This document shows positions 45,889-56,748 of a stretch of DNA of 64,000 bases, piece by piece (the stretch's first letter is position 1; each line of letters begins with the position of its first letter). The stretch is from NCBI GenBank assembly GCA_048213135.1, contig PS015009.1:1612001-1676000 (forward strand), given 5' to 3'. A program made the translations under genes and the position numbers. The stretch is from Reclinomonas americana ATCC 50394 (Eukaryota). The notes beneath the pieces were generated by a model. It saw only the letters and a list, made by a program, of their open reading frames with translations, ran no database searches and was not told the DNA's origin.

Positions 45889-48495
45889 ATGAAGAAGACC
45901 TGTCTTGCCGGGCTTTCCCTGTTTCTTATTTACGACAGTACAGCCCAGCTCAATGAACACTTCACTGATGGAGATATTACCGTTAACCCTTCCTGGTCGG
46001 GTACTGCGGCTTCCTGGTCTGTAAATGCCGGTTTGCAGCTGCAAAGCGCTAATACAACTGCCAACAGCACTTTTTTCCTGTGCACTCCTGTAACCCTGCC
46101 CATGCAAACAGAATGGACCTTCTACACCCGGCTGGACTTCAATCCTTCATCGGTCAATTATACAGATGTGTTCCTTACGGCTTCCGCGGCAGACCTTACC
46201 GCGGCAGGCACTACCGGTTATTTTGTCCGTATTGGCAATACCGATGATGAGATCAGCCTGTACCGGAAAGACCCTTCAGGAACGGTAAAGCTTATCGACG
46301 GTGCTAACGGTATCCTTAATAACAGCAGCAATAGCCTGCTCACCAGGGTTACACGCACCAGTGCCGGGCAATGGCAATTGCTGCGTGACCTGTCGGCAAC
46401 GGGTAATAACTATTTCCCCGAAGGAACAGCGCAGGATGTTACTTACACCGGCTCCGCTTTTTTCGGCATACTCGTAAAGCAAAGTACGGCCAGCTTTGCT
46501 CAAAAGCATTTCTTCGATGATATCGTTATTCAACCCTATGTGCCCGATACCAGTCCCCCCGCTGTGATGACGGCCGATGCGGTTTCCGGCAATATGGTTG
46601 ACCTGCTTTTTAATGAAGCGGTTGACCCGGCAAGTGTTCAAAACACCGCCAATTATTTTACCGATCATGGTATTGGCATACCGCAATCCGCAACCAGAGA
46701 TAATAGTAACCCTGCATTGGTACACCTGCAGTTTGCTGCCGGTTTCCCCGCCGGTGTTAGTTGTACCATGAACATCAATGGAATAAAAGACATCGCCGGT
46801 AATGTGCTCAATAACGGGACTACCATGTTCAGTTATTACCAGCCCCGGCGTTATGATGTTGTTATCGATGAACTGATGGCCGATCCTTCACCTGCTGTAA
46901 CCCTGCCGGAGCAGGAATGGCTGGAACTGAAGAACACGGCCACATCAGCCATTAACCTGCAGGGTTGGAAAATCTGCGACGCATCCGGTTGTAGCGCGGG
47001 ATTACCTTCGTTATCGCTTAAACCGGACAGTTTGCTGGTACTGTGTTCTACGACTGCGTTGCCAGCAATGCAGGGGTTGGGTCGCGTGGTGGCGGTGGCG
47101 GGTTTTCCTTCCCTTGATAATACCGGCGAATCCATATGGCTGACCGATGCTGCGGGGCAGCTCATTCACTCGGTGACTTATTCAGATACCTGGTACAGGA
47201 ATGAATTGAAAAAACAGGGAGGCTGGTCGCTGGAAATGATAGATACGCATAACCCCTGTACCGGTGCGGGCAACTGGGTGGCCAGTACCTCACCGGCCGG
47301 AGCAACGCCGGTAATAAGGAACGCCGCCGATAGTATTAATAAAGATGATACCGGTCCGGTGCTGTGGAAAGCCTACGCGGATGACAGCCTGCACATGACG
47401 CTGTTTTTTGACGAGCCGCTCGACAGCCTGTCTGCCTCGCAAACCAATCATTATACCATCAGCAATGGTACCGGGCAGCCGCTATCCTGCCAGGTGTTGT
47501 TTCCTGCTTTCAAACAGGTTTTGGTACAACTGCCACAACCATTATTGCCGGGTAAGATTTATGAAGCAGTGGTATTATCGGGCATCACCGATTGTACAGG
47601 CAATCCTGTGGGGTCTGGTAACCGGGTAAGGGTGGCACTGGCTTCCGTGGCCGGCAGCATGGATGTGGTGATCAATGAAGTGCTGTTCAATCCTTACCCC
47701 GGCGGCGTTGATTATGTGGAATTGTATAACCGCGGCACTAAAGTTATCGACCTGGCCTCGCTTTATCTTGCCAACAGGAACAGCGCAGGACAGGTAAGTA
47801 ATATAGTACAGGCATCTGCAGAGCACCAGCTTTTATTCCCCGGCGATTATATGTTGTTGTGTTCCGATCCGGCACTGGTCAATAAATACTACATCAGCAC
47901 CAATCCACAGTCGTTTGTAAAAGTAAGCGGTATGCCTTCCTATAATGACGATGAAGGAGATGTGGTATTGCTGAACCGGCAGGGGCAGGTGATCGATGAA
48001 CTGGTTTATGATGAGAACTGGCATTTTGCATTACTGTCCGACCCGGAAGGCGTGGCGCTGGAGCGTATTGATCCTGGTGCGCCCACCCAAAACCGGGAAA
48101 ACTGGCACTCCGCCGCCACGCATACAGGCTATGGCACACCCGGGTACAAAAACTCACAGTACAGGATAAACGAAGAGGTAGCCGGTACGGTTGAAGTAGA
48201 GCCTGCCGTCGTCAGCCCGGATAATGACGGGGTTGACGACTTTGCCACCATCAGCTATCGCTTCCCTTCGCCCGGTTATGTGGCAACGATCACCGTATTT
48301 GACGCGTCAGGATTGCCGGTGCGTTTCCTGCAACGAAACGCCCTCTGCGGAAGCAGCGGGTATTTCCGGTGGGATGGACTGAACGAAAAAGGGCAACGGC
48401 TGCCGCCCGGCATATACATCCTGCTTACAGAAGTGTTTAACCTGGAAGGCAAAAAGAAAAAAGTGAAGAACGTGATTGCGGTAGGGAGTAAATGA
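45889..48495 (+). CDS. Secreted lamin-tail/Ig-like domain protein with T9SS-type (gliding-motility-associated) C-terminal domain
   Basis: 'VVIDELMADP...EWLELKN', 'VINEVLFNP...YVELYN', 'VSPDNDGVDD...WDG...PPGIY'. Confidence 0.88.
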   Translation: MKKTCLAGLSLFLIYDSTAQLNEHFTDGDITVNPSWSGTAASWSVNAGLQLQSANTTANSTFFLCTPVTLPMQTEWTFYTRLDFNPSSVNYTDVFLTASAADLTAAGTTGYFVRIGNTDDEISLYRKDPSGTVKLIDGANGILNNSSNSLLTRVTRTSAGQWQLLRDLSATGNNYFPEGTAQDVTYTGSAFFGILVKQSTASFAQKHFFDDIVIQPYVPDTSPPAVMTADAVSGNMVDLLFNEAVDPASVQNTANYFTDHGIGIPQSATRDNSNPALVHLQFAAGFPAGVSCTMNINGIKDIAGNVLNNGTTMFSYYQPRRYDVVIDELMADPSPAVTLPEQEWLELKNTATSAINLQGWKICDASGCSAGLPSLSLKPDSLLVLCSTTALPAMQGLGRVVAVAGFPSLDNTGESIWLTDAAGQLIHSVTYSDTWYRNELKKQGGWSLEMIDTHNPCTGAGNWVASTSPAGATPVIRNAADSINKDDTGPVLWKAYADDSLHMTLFFDEPLDSLSASQTNHYTISNGTGQPLSCQVLFPAFKQVLVQLPQPLLPGKIYEAVVLSGITDCTGNPVGSGNRVRVALASVAGSMDVVINEVLFNPYPGGVDYVELYNRGTKVIDLASLYLANRNSAGQVSNIVQASAEHQLLFPGDYMLLCSDPALVNKYYISTNPQSFVKVSGMPSYNDDEGDVVLLNRQGQVIDELVYDENWHFALLSDPEGVALERIDPGAPTQNRENWHSAATHTGYGTPGYKNSQYRINEEVAGTVEVEPAVVSPDNDGVDDFATISYRFPSPGYVATITVFDASGLPVRFLQRNALCGSSGYFRWDGLNEKGQRLPPGIYILLTEVFNLEGKKKKVKNVIAVGSK

Positions 48496-48606
48496 CCGGC
48501 GGCACGAATGAATACCGGATATTGATTACATTTATAGCCTGGAGGCAGGGTGGCGCAGGATCCAACACCGAATACATCTCATCACTATAATAAACCCTTA
48601 TATGTT

Positions 48607-50769
48607 ATGATGTTCAGAACCACCCTGGCAGTTGTTGCCTTTTGCACAGCATTCGGCGCCTGCAACAATTCAACTGATATGGAAAGAACCACTTACCACT
48701 GGCCCGACAGCATCGCGGCACCTGTTTGTCCGAAAGTGCCGAAAGATCTTATAGCACACGGCGACACCCGGGTCGATAACTATTACTGGCTGAACGACTA
48801 TTTTAAAAAAGGGCCCGACAGCAATAAGGTGGTGGAATACCTGCAGGCAGAGAATAAGTATTATGATACAATGATGTCTGGCACCAAAACCCTGCAGGAA
48901 AAGCTGTACCAGGAAATGAAAGGCCGCATCAAGGAAAAGGATGAAAGCGTTCCGGTATTTAAGAACGGCTACTATTATTACAGCCGAGTGGTGGAAGGTA
49001 AAGACTACTTTGTATACTGCCGGAAAAAAGGAAGTCTGGATGCTGCGGAAGAAGTGCTGCTGGATGTAAACGCCATGGCCGAAGGACACAACTATTTTTC
49101 CGCCACCGGTTTTGATATAAGTCCCGACAATAATTTGCTGGCCTATGGAGTTGACACACTTTCCCGAAGGCAGTACAAAATCTATGTAAAGAACCTGGCA
49201 ACTGGTGAGATTTACAAAGATGTGGTGCCCAATACCGAGAGTGATCCTGTTTGGGCCAATGATAACGCTACTTTTTTCTATACCGCCAAGAACCCGGTAA
49301 CACTGCTTTCGGAAAAAATAAAGAAGCACAAACTGGGTACCGATCCCGGAACGGATAAAGTGGTGTATGAAGAAAAAGACCCCAGCAACTATATCGGGGT
49401 AGGAAAAACCAAATCGGAAAAATTCATCATCATCTCTTCATCCGCTACCCTCTCTTCGGAAGCAAGATGGATAGATGCTTCCAAGCCAGATGACGCCTTC
49501 GTGGTATTTCAGCCCCGGATGAAAGAGGTATTGTATGATGTGGACCATGCCAACGGCAAATTCTATATCCGCACCAACCTGCACGCGAAGAATTTTAAAG
49601 TAGTGACCGCGGAGGAGAACAAGACCGACAGCAGCGGCTGGACCGACCTGGTGCCACACCGCGATAGTGTGCTGGTACAGGGGTTTGACCTGTTTAAAAA
49701 CTTCATTGCTATATCGGAAAGGAAAAACGGTCTTACACAGGTACACATCATCGACAATCGCAATAACCAGGCCCATTACCTGGCTTTTGATGAACCTGCT
49801 TATACCGCAGGCCTCGCGTATACTCCCGATTATAATTCTGATGTGGTACGGTTTAACTATACATCGTTGGTAACACCCGCCTCGGTATTTGACTATAATA
49901 TGGGCACACGTACCAAAAAGCTGATGAAGCAGCAAGAAGTGGTAGGGGGTTATAATGCATCAGACTATGTATCCGAACGTTTGTACGCCACCGCAAAGGA
50001 TGGTACGAAAGTGCCCATTTCTATCGTATATAAGAAAGGGTTTAAAAAAGATGGCAGTATGCCCTTGCACCTGTATGGCTATGGCTCTTACGGCGCAAGT
50101 ATGGATGCGGGTTTCAACAGTTCCCGCCTGTCGCTGCTCGATCGCGGGTTTGCTTTTGCCATTGCGCATATACGCGGCGGGCAGGAAATGGGACGCTACT
50201 GGTACGAGGACGGTAAAATGCTGAAGAAGAAAAATACCTTCACCGATTTTATTGATTGTGCTGAATTCCTGCTGGCCAATAAATATACCTCGAAAGAACA
50301 TTTATATACCAGCGGCGGCAGTGCCGGTGGCCTGCTGATGGGTGCCGTGGTGAATATGCGTCCCGACCTGTGGCATGGCGTGATCGCGGCCGTTCCGTTT
50401 GTGGATGTGCTGACTACAATGAGCGACCCCACCATACCACTTACCACCAATGAATACGATGAATGGGGTAATCCGGCTGTGAAGGAACAATATGATTATA
50501 TGAAAACCTATTCGCCCTATGATAATGTAGAGAAGAAAGCCTATCCCAATATGCTGGTGACAACAGGTTTGCACGACAGCCAGGTACAGTATTTTGAGCC
50601 GGCCAAATGGGTAGCCAAACTCAGGGAAATGAAAACAGACAATAATAAACTATTGCTGTACACCAATATGGATGCCGGTCATGGTGGCGCTTCCGGCAGG
50701 TTTAAGGTATTAAAGGACAGGGCGAGGGAATACGCGTTCTTCCTGGCTTTGGAAGGCATATTGAAGTAA
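48607..50769 (+). CDS. ptrB: Oligopeptidase B (S9A), lipoprotein
   Basis: 'HGDTRVDNYYWL', 'GGSAGG', 'HDSQV', 'GHGGASGR'. Confidence 0.95.
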   Translation: MMFRTTLAVVAFCTAFGACNNSTDMERTTYHWPDSIAAPVCPKVPKDLIAHGDTRVDNYYWLNDYFKKGPDSNKVVEYLQAENKYYDTMMSGTKTLQEKLYQEMKGRIKEKDESVPVFKNGYYYYSRVVEGKDYFVYCRKKGSLDAAEEVLLDVNAMAEGHNYFSATGFDISPDNNLLAYGVDTLSRRQYKIYVKNLATGEIYKDVVPNTESDPVWANDNATFFYTAKNPVTLLSEKIKKHKLGTDPGTDKVVYEEKDPSNYIGVGKTKSEKFIIISSSATLSSEARWIDASKPDDAFVVFQPRMKEVLYDVDHANGKFYIRTNLHAKNFKVVTAEENKTDSSGWTDLVPHRDSVLVQGFDLFKNFIAISERKNGLTQVHIIDNRNNQAHYLAFDEPAYTAGLAYTPDYNSDVVRFNYTSLVTPASVFDYNMGTRTKKLMKQQEVVGGYNASDYVSERLYATAKDGTKVPISIVYKKGFKKDGSMPLHLYGYGSYGASMDAGFNSSRLSLLDRGFAFAIAHIRGGQEMGRYWYEDGKMLKKKNTFTDFIDCAEFLLANKYTSKEHLYTSGGSAGGLLMGAVVNMRPDLWHGVIAAVPFVDVLTTMSDPTIPLTTNEYDEWGNPAVKEQYDYMKTYSPYDNVEKKAYPNMLVTTGLHDSQVQYFEPAKWVAKLREMKTDNNKLLLYTNMDAGHGGASGRFKVLKDRAREYAFFLALEGILK

Positions 50770-50789
50770 TATAGAATGGATCAAAAAAG

Positions 50790-50820
50790 AAAGAGCCGGG
50801 ATTGTGTTCCGGCTCTTTTA
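50790..50820. terminator. Bidirectional terminator
   Basis: AAAGAGCCGG...CCGGCTCTTT. Confidence 0.75.
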
Positions 50821-50823
50821 TGC

Positions 50824-51123
50824 TTATGGCCTCAGGTCATTGACGCCAATACTGTTGATGTCTTCTTCAATGGGGTCGGGTTTCTTTTCCAGGATGGACC
50901 TTACCAGGAGGTAACCACCAAAGGCAGACGCCAGGCCCAACAGCATAAGCCCGATAAGATTTTCCTGCCCGAAGATCATCATACCGATGATCACACCCAC
51001 TATCTCAGCCACTATCCAGGCCAGGACGGTATACAACTTCCAGGTACCGGGCTTAAGTCCTTTACGCGAAGCCAGGTCGCCATTCTTTTTACAAAGAAAA
51101 ATAAGTGCAATGATCTCTAACAT
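50824..51123 (-). CDS. Small membrane hypothetical protein
   Basis: 99-aa ORF with three hydrophobic segments. Confidence 0.75.
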   Translation of the reverse strand: MLEIIALIFLCKKNGDLASRKGLKPGTWKLYTVLAWIVAEIVGVIIGMMIFGQENLIGLMLLGLASAFGGYLLVRSILEKKPDPIEEDINSIGVNDLRP

Positions 51124-51165
51124 AAATTAATAGTGTGTTTTCGTTGTTGTTAATACGGCTTTATA

Positions 51166-52767
51166 TTAATGGTATATCTCAATAGCCAGCTGAACGGCTT
51201 TGCCGGCATTGATGATCTTTCCGCTTTTACAAAGTTGCTGCAATTTCGTTTTTTTATCGGAACCGGGCAGGTTAACTTCTTCCTCAACCGGTGTTCCCGA
51301 ACTCATGATGATGTCGATCACCTGCTGCGGCGTTAATTGCGGAAAGTAAGAGAACAGTAATCCTGCTACACCGGCGGCTACGGGGCTGGCCATGCTGGTG
51401 CCGTCGTAAGGTTCATAACCGTTATTGGGAATGGTGGAATTGATGTATACACCCGGGGCAAATATGTCCACCACTTTTTTACTGTAATTGGAAAAGTTGC
51501 CGATCATCATGTCCAGGCTTTTGTCGGCGCTGGCACCAATGGTCAGCATATTAGTAGCGCTGCTTCCATCCATGAAAACGGGATTGGGGTAGAATATATT
51601 TTCATCAAGATCTTCGCCGTCGTTACCCGCGCCGTGTACCAGCAATACATTTTTTGACGCAGCATAGCGGACGGCATCATCCACCATTTGCTTGTAAGGC
51701 GAAACCGGTTTGCCGAAACTCATATTGATGACCCTGGCGCCATTGTCAACCGCGTAACGGATGGCGAGTGCCACGTCTTTATCATGTTCATCGCCGCCGG
51801 GTACAGCCCTTATGGCCATGATGCGTACATTGTCCATGATACCATCCACACCTATTTTGTTGTTCCTTACAGCACCAATGATACCGCTGACGTGCGTGCC
51901 GTGGTTGCCGCTGCTGCCGCTGAGGTTGTTGTTGCCGTAAATGCTGTCATTAATGTCTTCGTAACGGTCTTTTACCATTTGCCCGCGGAAATCAACAGGC
52001 AGTTGTTCCATCCTGTTTTTATTGTTGAGCAGGTTATTGCGGTAGTCGCCGATGTCTTTCAGTATAGCGGTATTGGTAATGCTGGCGTCGCTGCCCCTGT
52101 CGAATGTGCTGTTCCATACATTGGCCGCCCACCCGGTGCTGTCGCGTGTTTTAATCAATGCGATGTCGGCCTTTTTGAAAGAGGCTTTGCCGGTATAACG
52201 CTCCAGCAGGTTGCTGGTAATGCTCAGGATATTGAAGGCATTGTCTACATCAGGGAAAGTCTTTTTGTATTCATCATACTGCTTGTCCAGCACAGATTTG
52301 GCCCTTTTCCATTGCCCGAAGATAAAGCGGAGGCTGTCGGGGATCTCTTTTTCGCGTTTGCCTTCAAATGTTGCTTTCCATTTATGAAAAACACGGGAAG
52401 CTTCATGGGTATTCGTGCCCAGGTTCTCGCCATTGGGAGCGCCGCAAAAATTCCAGCCATGGATATCGTCTGAATAGCCGTTGCCGTCATCATCTTTTCC
52501 ATTCCCCGGTATTTCTTTAGGATTGGTCCATAATACCGGTTTAAGGTCTTCCTGCAGGGTGTCAATACCGCTGTCGATAACAGCCACGGTAATGGTGGTG
52601 CTTTTCCTGTTCTTCAGCAGCTCATAGGCTTTATTAAGCCCGATGCCGTAATAGCCATCGGTGGCGGGGTCGAGCAGGTGCCAGCCTTTTACACGGGGAT
52701 GTTCCTGTGCGGAGGCGCTTATGAAAAAGAGGAAAGTAAAAATTGCCAGCAGGGATTGTTTCAGCAT
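51166..52767 (-). CDS. Subtilisin-like S8 serine peptidase
   Basis: Triad motifs 'VAVIDSG', 'HGTHVSG', 'GTSMASP'; signal peptide. Confidence 0.95.
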   Translation of the reverse strand: MLKQSLLAIFTFLFFISASAQEHPRVKGWHLLDPATDGYYGIGLNKAYELLKNRKSTTITVAVIDSGIDTLQEDLKPVLWTNPKEIPGNGKDDDGNGYSDDIHGWNFCGAPNGENLGTNTHEASRVFHKWKATFEGKREKEIPDSLRFIFGQWKRAKSVLDKQYDEYKKTFPDVDNAFNILSITSNLLERYTGKASFKKADIALIKTRDSTGWAANVWNSTFDRGSDASITNTAILKDIGDYRNNLLNNKNRMEQLPVDFRGQMVKDRYEDINDSIYGNNNLSGSSGNHGTHVSGIIGAVRNNKIGVDGIMDNVRIMAIRAVPGGDEHDKDVALAIRYAVDNGARVINMSFGKPVSPYKQMVDDAVRYAASKNVLLVHGAGNDGEDLDENIFYPNPVFMDGSSATNMLTIGASADKSLDMMIGNFSNYSKKVVDIFAPGVYINSTIPNNGYEPYDGTSMASPVAAGVAGLLFSYFPQLTPQQVIDIIMSSGTPVEEEVNLPGSDKKTKLQQLCKSGKIINAGKAVQLAIEIYH

Positions 52768-53055
52768 AGTAATATCAAATGTAGCAATTAATGGGGCACG
52801 GAAATTTTTATCCTGGTGCAACCAATTCTGTTCAATTGAAGTCATATTATTGTACATATTTGTACAAAATACCCAAACTGACCTGGACATGTTACCCGTA
52901 CACCTATCTGTGTGCTATACAGGCAAACAGTTACTCTTATTTCCTTTTCATTTCCAATTCTACCCCACTATTGGTGTACAAAAATGCCGTATCCCTGTAC
53001 GCTTCGTGCAGCCTCCCCCTGCCCACACCATTTTTCACCATTTAAACCCAATATC

Positions 53056-54219
53056 ATGAAAGCACGAATGCTGAGTCTCCTGCTGGTAATGAGTATCGTC
53101 TTTACCGAATGCAAAAAGAATGAAACTATGGAACCTGCTTCGCCGGGCAGTGAAGCGGTTGTACAGAAAGCGAAGGACTGGTTTATAAAAGAAAGCAACA
53201 GGGTGGCACAGGATAAGCCCGCAACTGGCAACCTGGTATTCAGAAACGTGCAGCCTCAATGGAATCATGCCATATATTTTGCGGCGGATAAGCAATTGAT
53301 CATTCCTGCGGATATCAACAGTAACGGGGAATCACAGGTTGCTAACGCTACCCGTTACCTGGTACTGGATGAAAATAGCGCGGGGAATGCCCGGAGCGGA
53401 CACTACCTGTACATATTGGGTAACGGCAGCCAGAACGTTCCTGCCGATCCGGGATTGGTATCGGGGAAAAAACTACCGGAGCATTTCACCGGGACGCTGG
53501 TCAGGTACAGCATGGATGGCAGGTTCATTTCTTCCCGCCATTATGAAAATGGCGTGTTGGCTGCGCAGCAGGATAAGCTGACGCAACGTACAGGATTCGC
53601 TGACCCGGGATCACAAAGCATAGTACCGGTAGATGAAACCTGCCATACCGAAACAATTGACTGGTACTGGCAAACCTATGTAAACGGGGTGCTGGTATAT
53701 GAGGAGTATCTCTATTCAACAACGACCATTGTATGTGACCCGTCTGGTGGCGGCGGTAGTGGAGGCGGAGGCATTTCCTGTGAACAACAATTGCAGAATA
53801 TGATTGAACAGGGTGTTGCCATCAGCGGACCGGCTTACAGCATAGGAGAAGTGGTTAATGGAGATAACTGGGTAAAACCTTATAACTGGGCCATTTTCAG
53901 AGCCGGTACCTGGGGACTGCTGAGTTACGAACAAGCGACATTACAAAAAAAGCATTATCCCAATAACCTCGACAGGTGGGAATACACCTCGTTCAATCAT
54001 ATCAAAATCGCTGCCGCAGGAGCCAGCGTAGGTGGCACCCGTACATTTGAAGATAATGGCGCTACCATTAATATTTCTCCTATTGGCACTCGTGTGGATG
54101 TAAGGATTGACTTTAGTGTAACGCTAAAGGTTTGTAATATCCCCGCGGTTACCAATCCTTATAACGCCAATAAAGTATTCTTTGCACCCAATACAGTAGT
54201 GATATTGCACGAGGACTAA
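53056..54219 (+). CDS. Hypothetical lipoprotein with Gly-linker-separated C-terminal domain
   Basis: Signal ending 'IVFTEC'; 'CDPSGGGGSGGGGISC'. Confidence 0.75.
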   Translation: MKARMLSLLLVMSIVFTECKKNETMEPASPGSEAVVQKAKDWFIKESNRVAQDKPATGNLVFRNVQPQWNHAIYFAADKQLIIPADINSNGESQVANATRYLVLDENSAGNARSGHYLYILGNGSQNVPADPGLVSGKKLPEHFTGTLVRYSMDGRFISSRHYENGVLAAQQDKLTQRTGFADPGSQSIVPVDETCHTETIDWYWQTYVNGVLVYEEYLYSTTTIVCDPSGGGGSGGGGISCEQQLQNMIEQGVAISGPAYSIGEVVNGDNWVKPYNWAIFRAGTWGLLSYEQATLQKKHYPNNLDRWEYTSFNHIKIAAAGASVGGTRTFEDNGATINISPIGTRVDVRIDFSVTLKVCNIPAVTNPYNANKVFFAPNTVVILHED

Positions 54220-54228
54220 TACACAGCT

Positions 54229-54945
54229 ATGAGAATAAACAAATTGGTATTGGTCATCCTCTCTGTATTGCTGTCTGCTGCAGCCTGTAATATGAACAGG
54301 GCCAGTTCGGGAAAGCAAAACATGAGCCGGGTTAAGATCAGTTTTCATTATCCCCAAAAAATAACGGATACGTATTCAGATATCATGATCACCGATTTCT
54401 TCATCTCGTATTACAAAAACTATATCCTTTACGAGTTGCCTTACCATGTTACACAGGAGGTCGACAACGTGCTTATTTATGACTCTGTGAAATATGAATT
54501 CCTTGTAAAGAAAAAGGATTCGGATTTTGGATATAAGCTGAAAAGCCTGTCGGATCCGCTTGACAGCATAATGAAAATAGATTCCCCCTGGATCAAAAGA
54601 CTACCGCCAGCGATGGACCTGCACGATCTTTTCAAAGTGCTGAAAGTAAAAGGTGAGCGTGTACTGAACAGGCAACTGGATGCTTACTATTTCGAAGACA
54701 ACTGGTACGACTCCGCTTACTTTTATTATGGCAAACCCATGCCAGGCGTGGAGTATTCCTTGTCTCCGGAACTGGAGCGTTCGCACAGGATGAAGTTGTA
54801 CAAAGTCCTTCTTTTTTCGAGAAAAGATACTTCTGCCGGCACACAAAATCTTAAAGATTTTCACATCACCAGCTGGGAGATACAGCGGGCCCCCATCCCG
54901 GATGAAAGAGCACTGCTGAATGTATTCAACCGGGTGCCCCAATAG
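54229..54945 (+). CDS. Hypothetical lipoprotein
   Basis: Lipobox 'AAAC'; starts 9 nt after the upstream gene. Confidence 0.75.
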   Translation: MRINKLVLVILSVLLSAAACNMNRASSGKQNMSRVKISFHYPQKITDTYSDIMITDFFISYYKNYILYELPYHVTQEVDNVLIYDSVKYEFLVKKKDSDFGYKLKSLSDPLDSIMKIDSPWIKRLPPAMDLHDLFKVLKVKGERVLNRQLDAYYFEDNWYDSAYFYYGKPMPGVEYSLSPELERSHRMKLYKVLLFSRKDTSAGTQNLKDFHITSWEIQRAPIPDERALLNVFNRVPQ

Positions 54946-55020
54946 AAATATAGTTAATTACTGATCAGGTCCGCCGGAAAGAAAATAAACATAGTGAGCA
55001 AGGAAGAGGGATAGTTAAGC

Positions 55021-55045
55021 AAAGGGGAGCATAATTGCTCCCCTT
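55021..55045. terminator. Terminator hairpin between convergent genes
   Basis: AAGGGGAGCA-TAAT-TGCTCCCCTT. Confidence 0.7.
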
Positions 55046-55077
55046 CCCTATAATGACTTAGCAACTGAATATATTCC

Positions 55078-56001
55078 TTATACCAGGTCAATATCAAAAT
55101 TAACCAGTTGTACAAACTCGCTCAGCCTGGCATCGATATCTGCTTTGGTGATCTCTTTCATCCTTTCCGGACCAAATTTTTCAACGCAGAAGCTGGCCAT
55201 AGCACTGCCTACAATGATGGCGGTTTTCATATTGTCGAAACTGATGTCCTTTGTCTTGGCCAGGTGACCGATAAATCCACCGGCGAATGTATCTCCCGCA
55301 CCTGTGGGGTCAAACACTTCTTCCAGCGGAAGGGCCGGTGCAAAGAATACATGGTTCTCATGGAACAGCAACGCACCGTGTTCACCTTTTTTAATGATCA
55401 GGAATTTAGGGCCCATCTGCAAAATAGAGCGGGCGGCTTTTACCAGTGATACTTCGCCACTCAGCTGGCGGGCTTCGCCATCATTTACGAGCAGCACATC
55501 CACTTTTTTCAACACTTCTTTCAGATCATCCATAGCTGTATCCATCCAGAAATTCATTGTATCCATAACAATGAGTTTGGGGCGGGTGGTGAGCTGGTTG
55601 ATAACGCTCATCTGTAGTTTGGGCATCAGGTTACCCAGCATCAGGAACTCAGCACCCTGGTAAGCTCCGGGTACCACGGGGTTAAAATCGGCCAGTACAT
55701 TCAGATCGGTAATGAGGGTATCACGTGTGTTCATATCCAGGTGGTACTTGCCACTCCAGAAAAATGATTTTTTATCGGGAACGATTTCTACGCCGTCAAG
55801 TTGCACGCCACGTTGTTTCAACTGCTCCATTTCTTCTTTGGGAAAATCATACCCAACAATCGACACCTGCTGAACAGGTTGCACAAAATTGCTGGCTGCA
55901 TAGGCTACATAAGTGGCAGAACCGCCGATGATCTTATCTACTTTTCCGAAGGGGGTTTCAATGGCGTCAAACGCCATAGTGCCAACTGTAATGACTGACA
56001 T
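55078..56001 (-). CDS. PfkB family carbohydrate/nucleoside kinase
   Basis: 'IGGSATY', 'DPTGAGDTFAGG'. Confidence 0.93.
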   Translation of the reverse strand: MSVITVGTMAFDAIETPFGKVDKIIGGSATYVAYAASNFVQPVQQVSIVGYDFPKEEMEQLKQRGVQLDGVEIVPDKKSFFWSGKYHLDMNTRDTLITDLNVLADFNPVVPGAYQGAEFLMLGNLMPKLQMSVINQLTTRPKLIVMDTMNFWMDTAMDDLKEVLKKVDVLLVNDGEARQLSGEVSLVKAARSILQMGPKFLIIKKGEHGALLFHENHVFFAPALPLEEVFDPTGAGDTFAGGFIGHLAKTKDISFDNMKTAIIVGSAMASFCVEKFGPERMKEITKADIDARLSEFVQLVNFDIDLV

Positions 56002-56119
56002 AGATTGAGTTTAGTTGTTTTATTGAAGTTGCAAAAGTAATCGAATAAAATGATTTTTGTAAGTTGCAGCAGGGGTTTTAAGCCCGGCACCGCTTTTGCA
56101 CTGACCTTTTACGTATATC

Positions 56120-56728
56120 ATGCTGATACAGATGCATCCCGATAATCCGCAGCCCCGCCTTATTAAACAGGTGGTGGAATGCCTGCACGACGGCGGGGTG
56201 ATCGTTTACCCTACCGATACCATTTATGGCCTGGGCTGTGATATTCACCAGCATAAAGCCATTGAAAAGATATGCCGCATCAAGCAGGTAGACCCTCAAA
56301 AAGCGCAACTGTCCTTCATTTGCCGCGATCTCAGCCACCTCAGCGATTATACCAAAAGCATCGATACGCCATTGTACCGGATGCTGAAACAGTACCTGCC
56401 CGGGCCTTATACTTTCATATTGCCGGCCAGCAGGGAGGTGCCTAAGATCCTGCAAAGCAAAAAATCAACCATTGGCCTTCGTGTACCGGATAATGTGATC
56501 TGCCGCGATATACTTGATGCATTGGGAAACCCGCTGCTCAGCGCCTCGTTACCCGGCGATATGGTGGAAGAATATACAGACCCAGAAATAATGGAAGAAA
56601 AATTCGGGCACCTGGTAGATTTTGTTATTGACGGAGGGATCGGGGGAATGGTACCTTCAACAGTAGTAGACTGTACCACCAGCGACTGGACTATCATCCG
56701 CCAGGGTCTTGGCAACTGGGAAGCCTGA
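56120..56728 (+). CDS. Sua5/YciO/YrdC family protein (L-threonylcarbamoyladenylate synthase-like)
   Basis: 'YPTDTIYGLGC', 'LPGPYTFIL', 'IGLRVP', 'PSTVVD'. Confidence 0.92.
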   Translation: MLIQMHPDNPQPRLIKQVVECLHDGGVIVYPTDTIYGLGCDIHQHKAIEKICRIKQVDPQKAQLSFICRDLSHLSDYTKSIDTPLYRMLKQYLPGPYTFILPASREVPKILQSKKSTIGLRVPDNVICRDILDALGNPLLSASLPGDMVEEYTDPEIMEEKFGHLVDFVIDGGIGGMVPSTVVDCTTSDWTIIRQGLGNWEA

Positions 56729-56748
56729 TCATCAGTAAAACAACTGCT

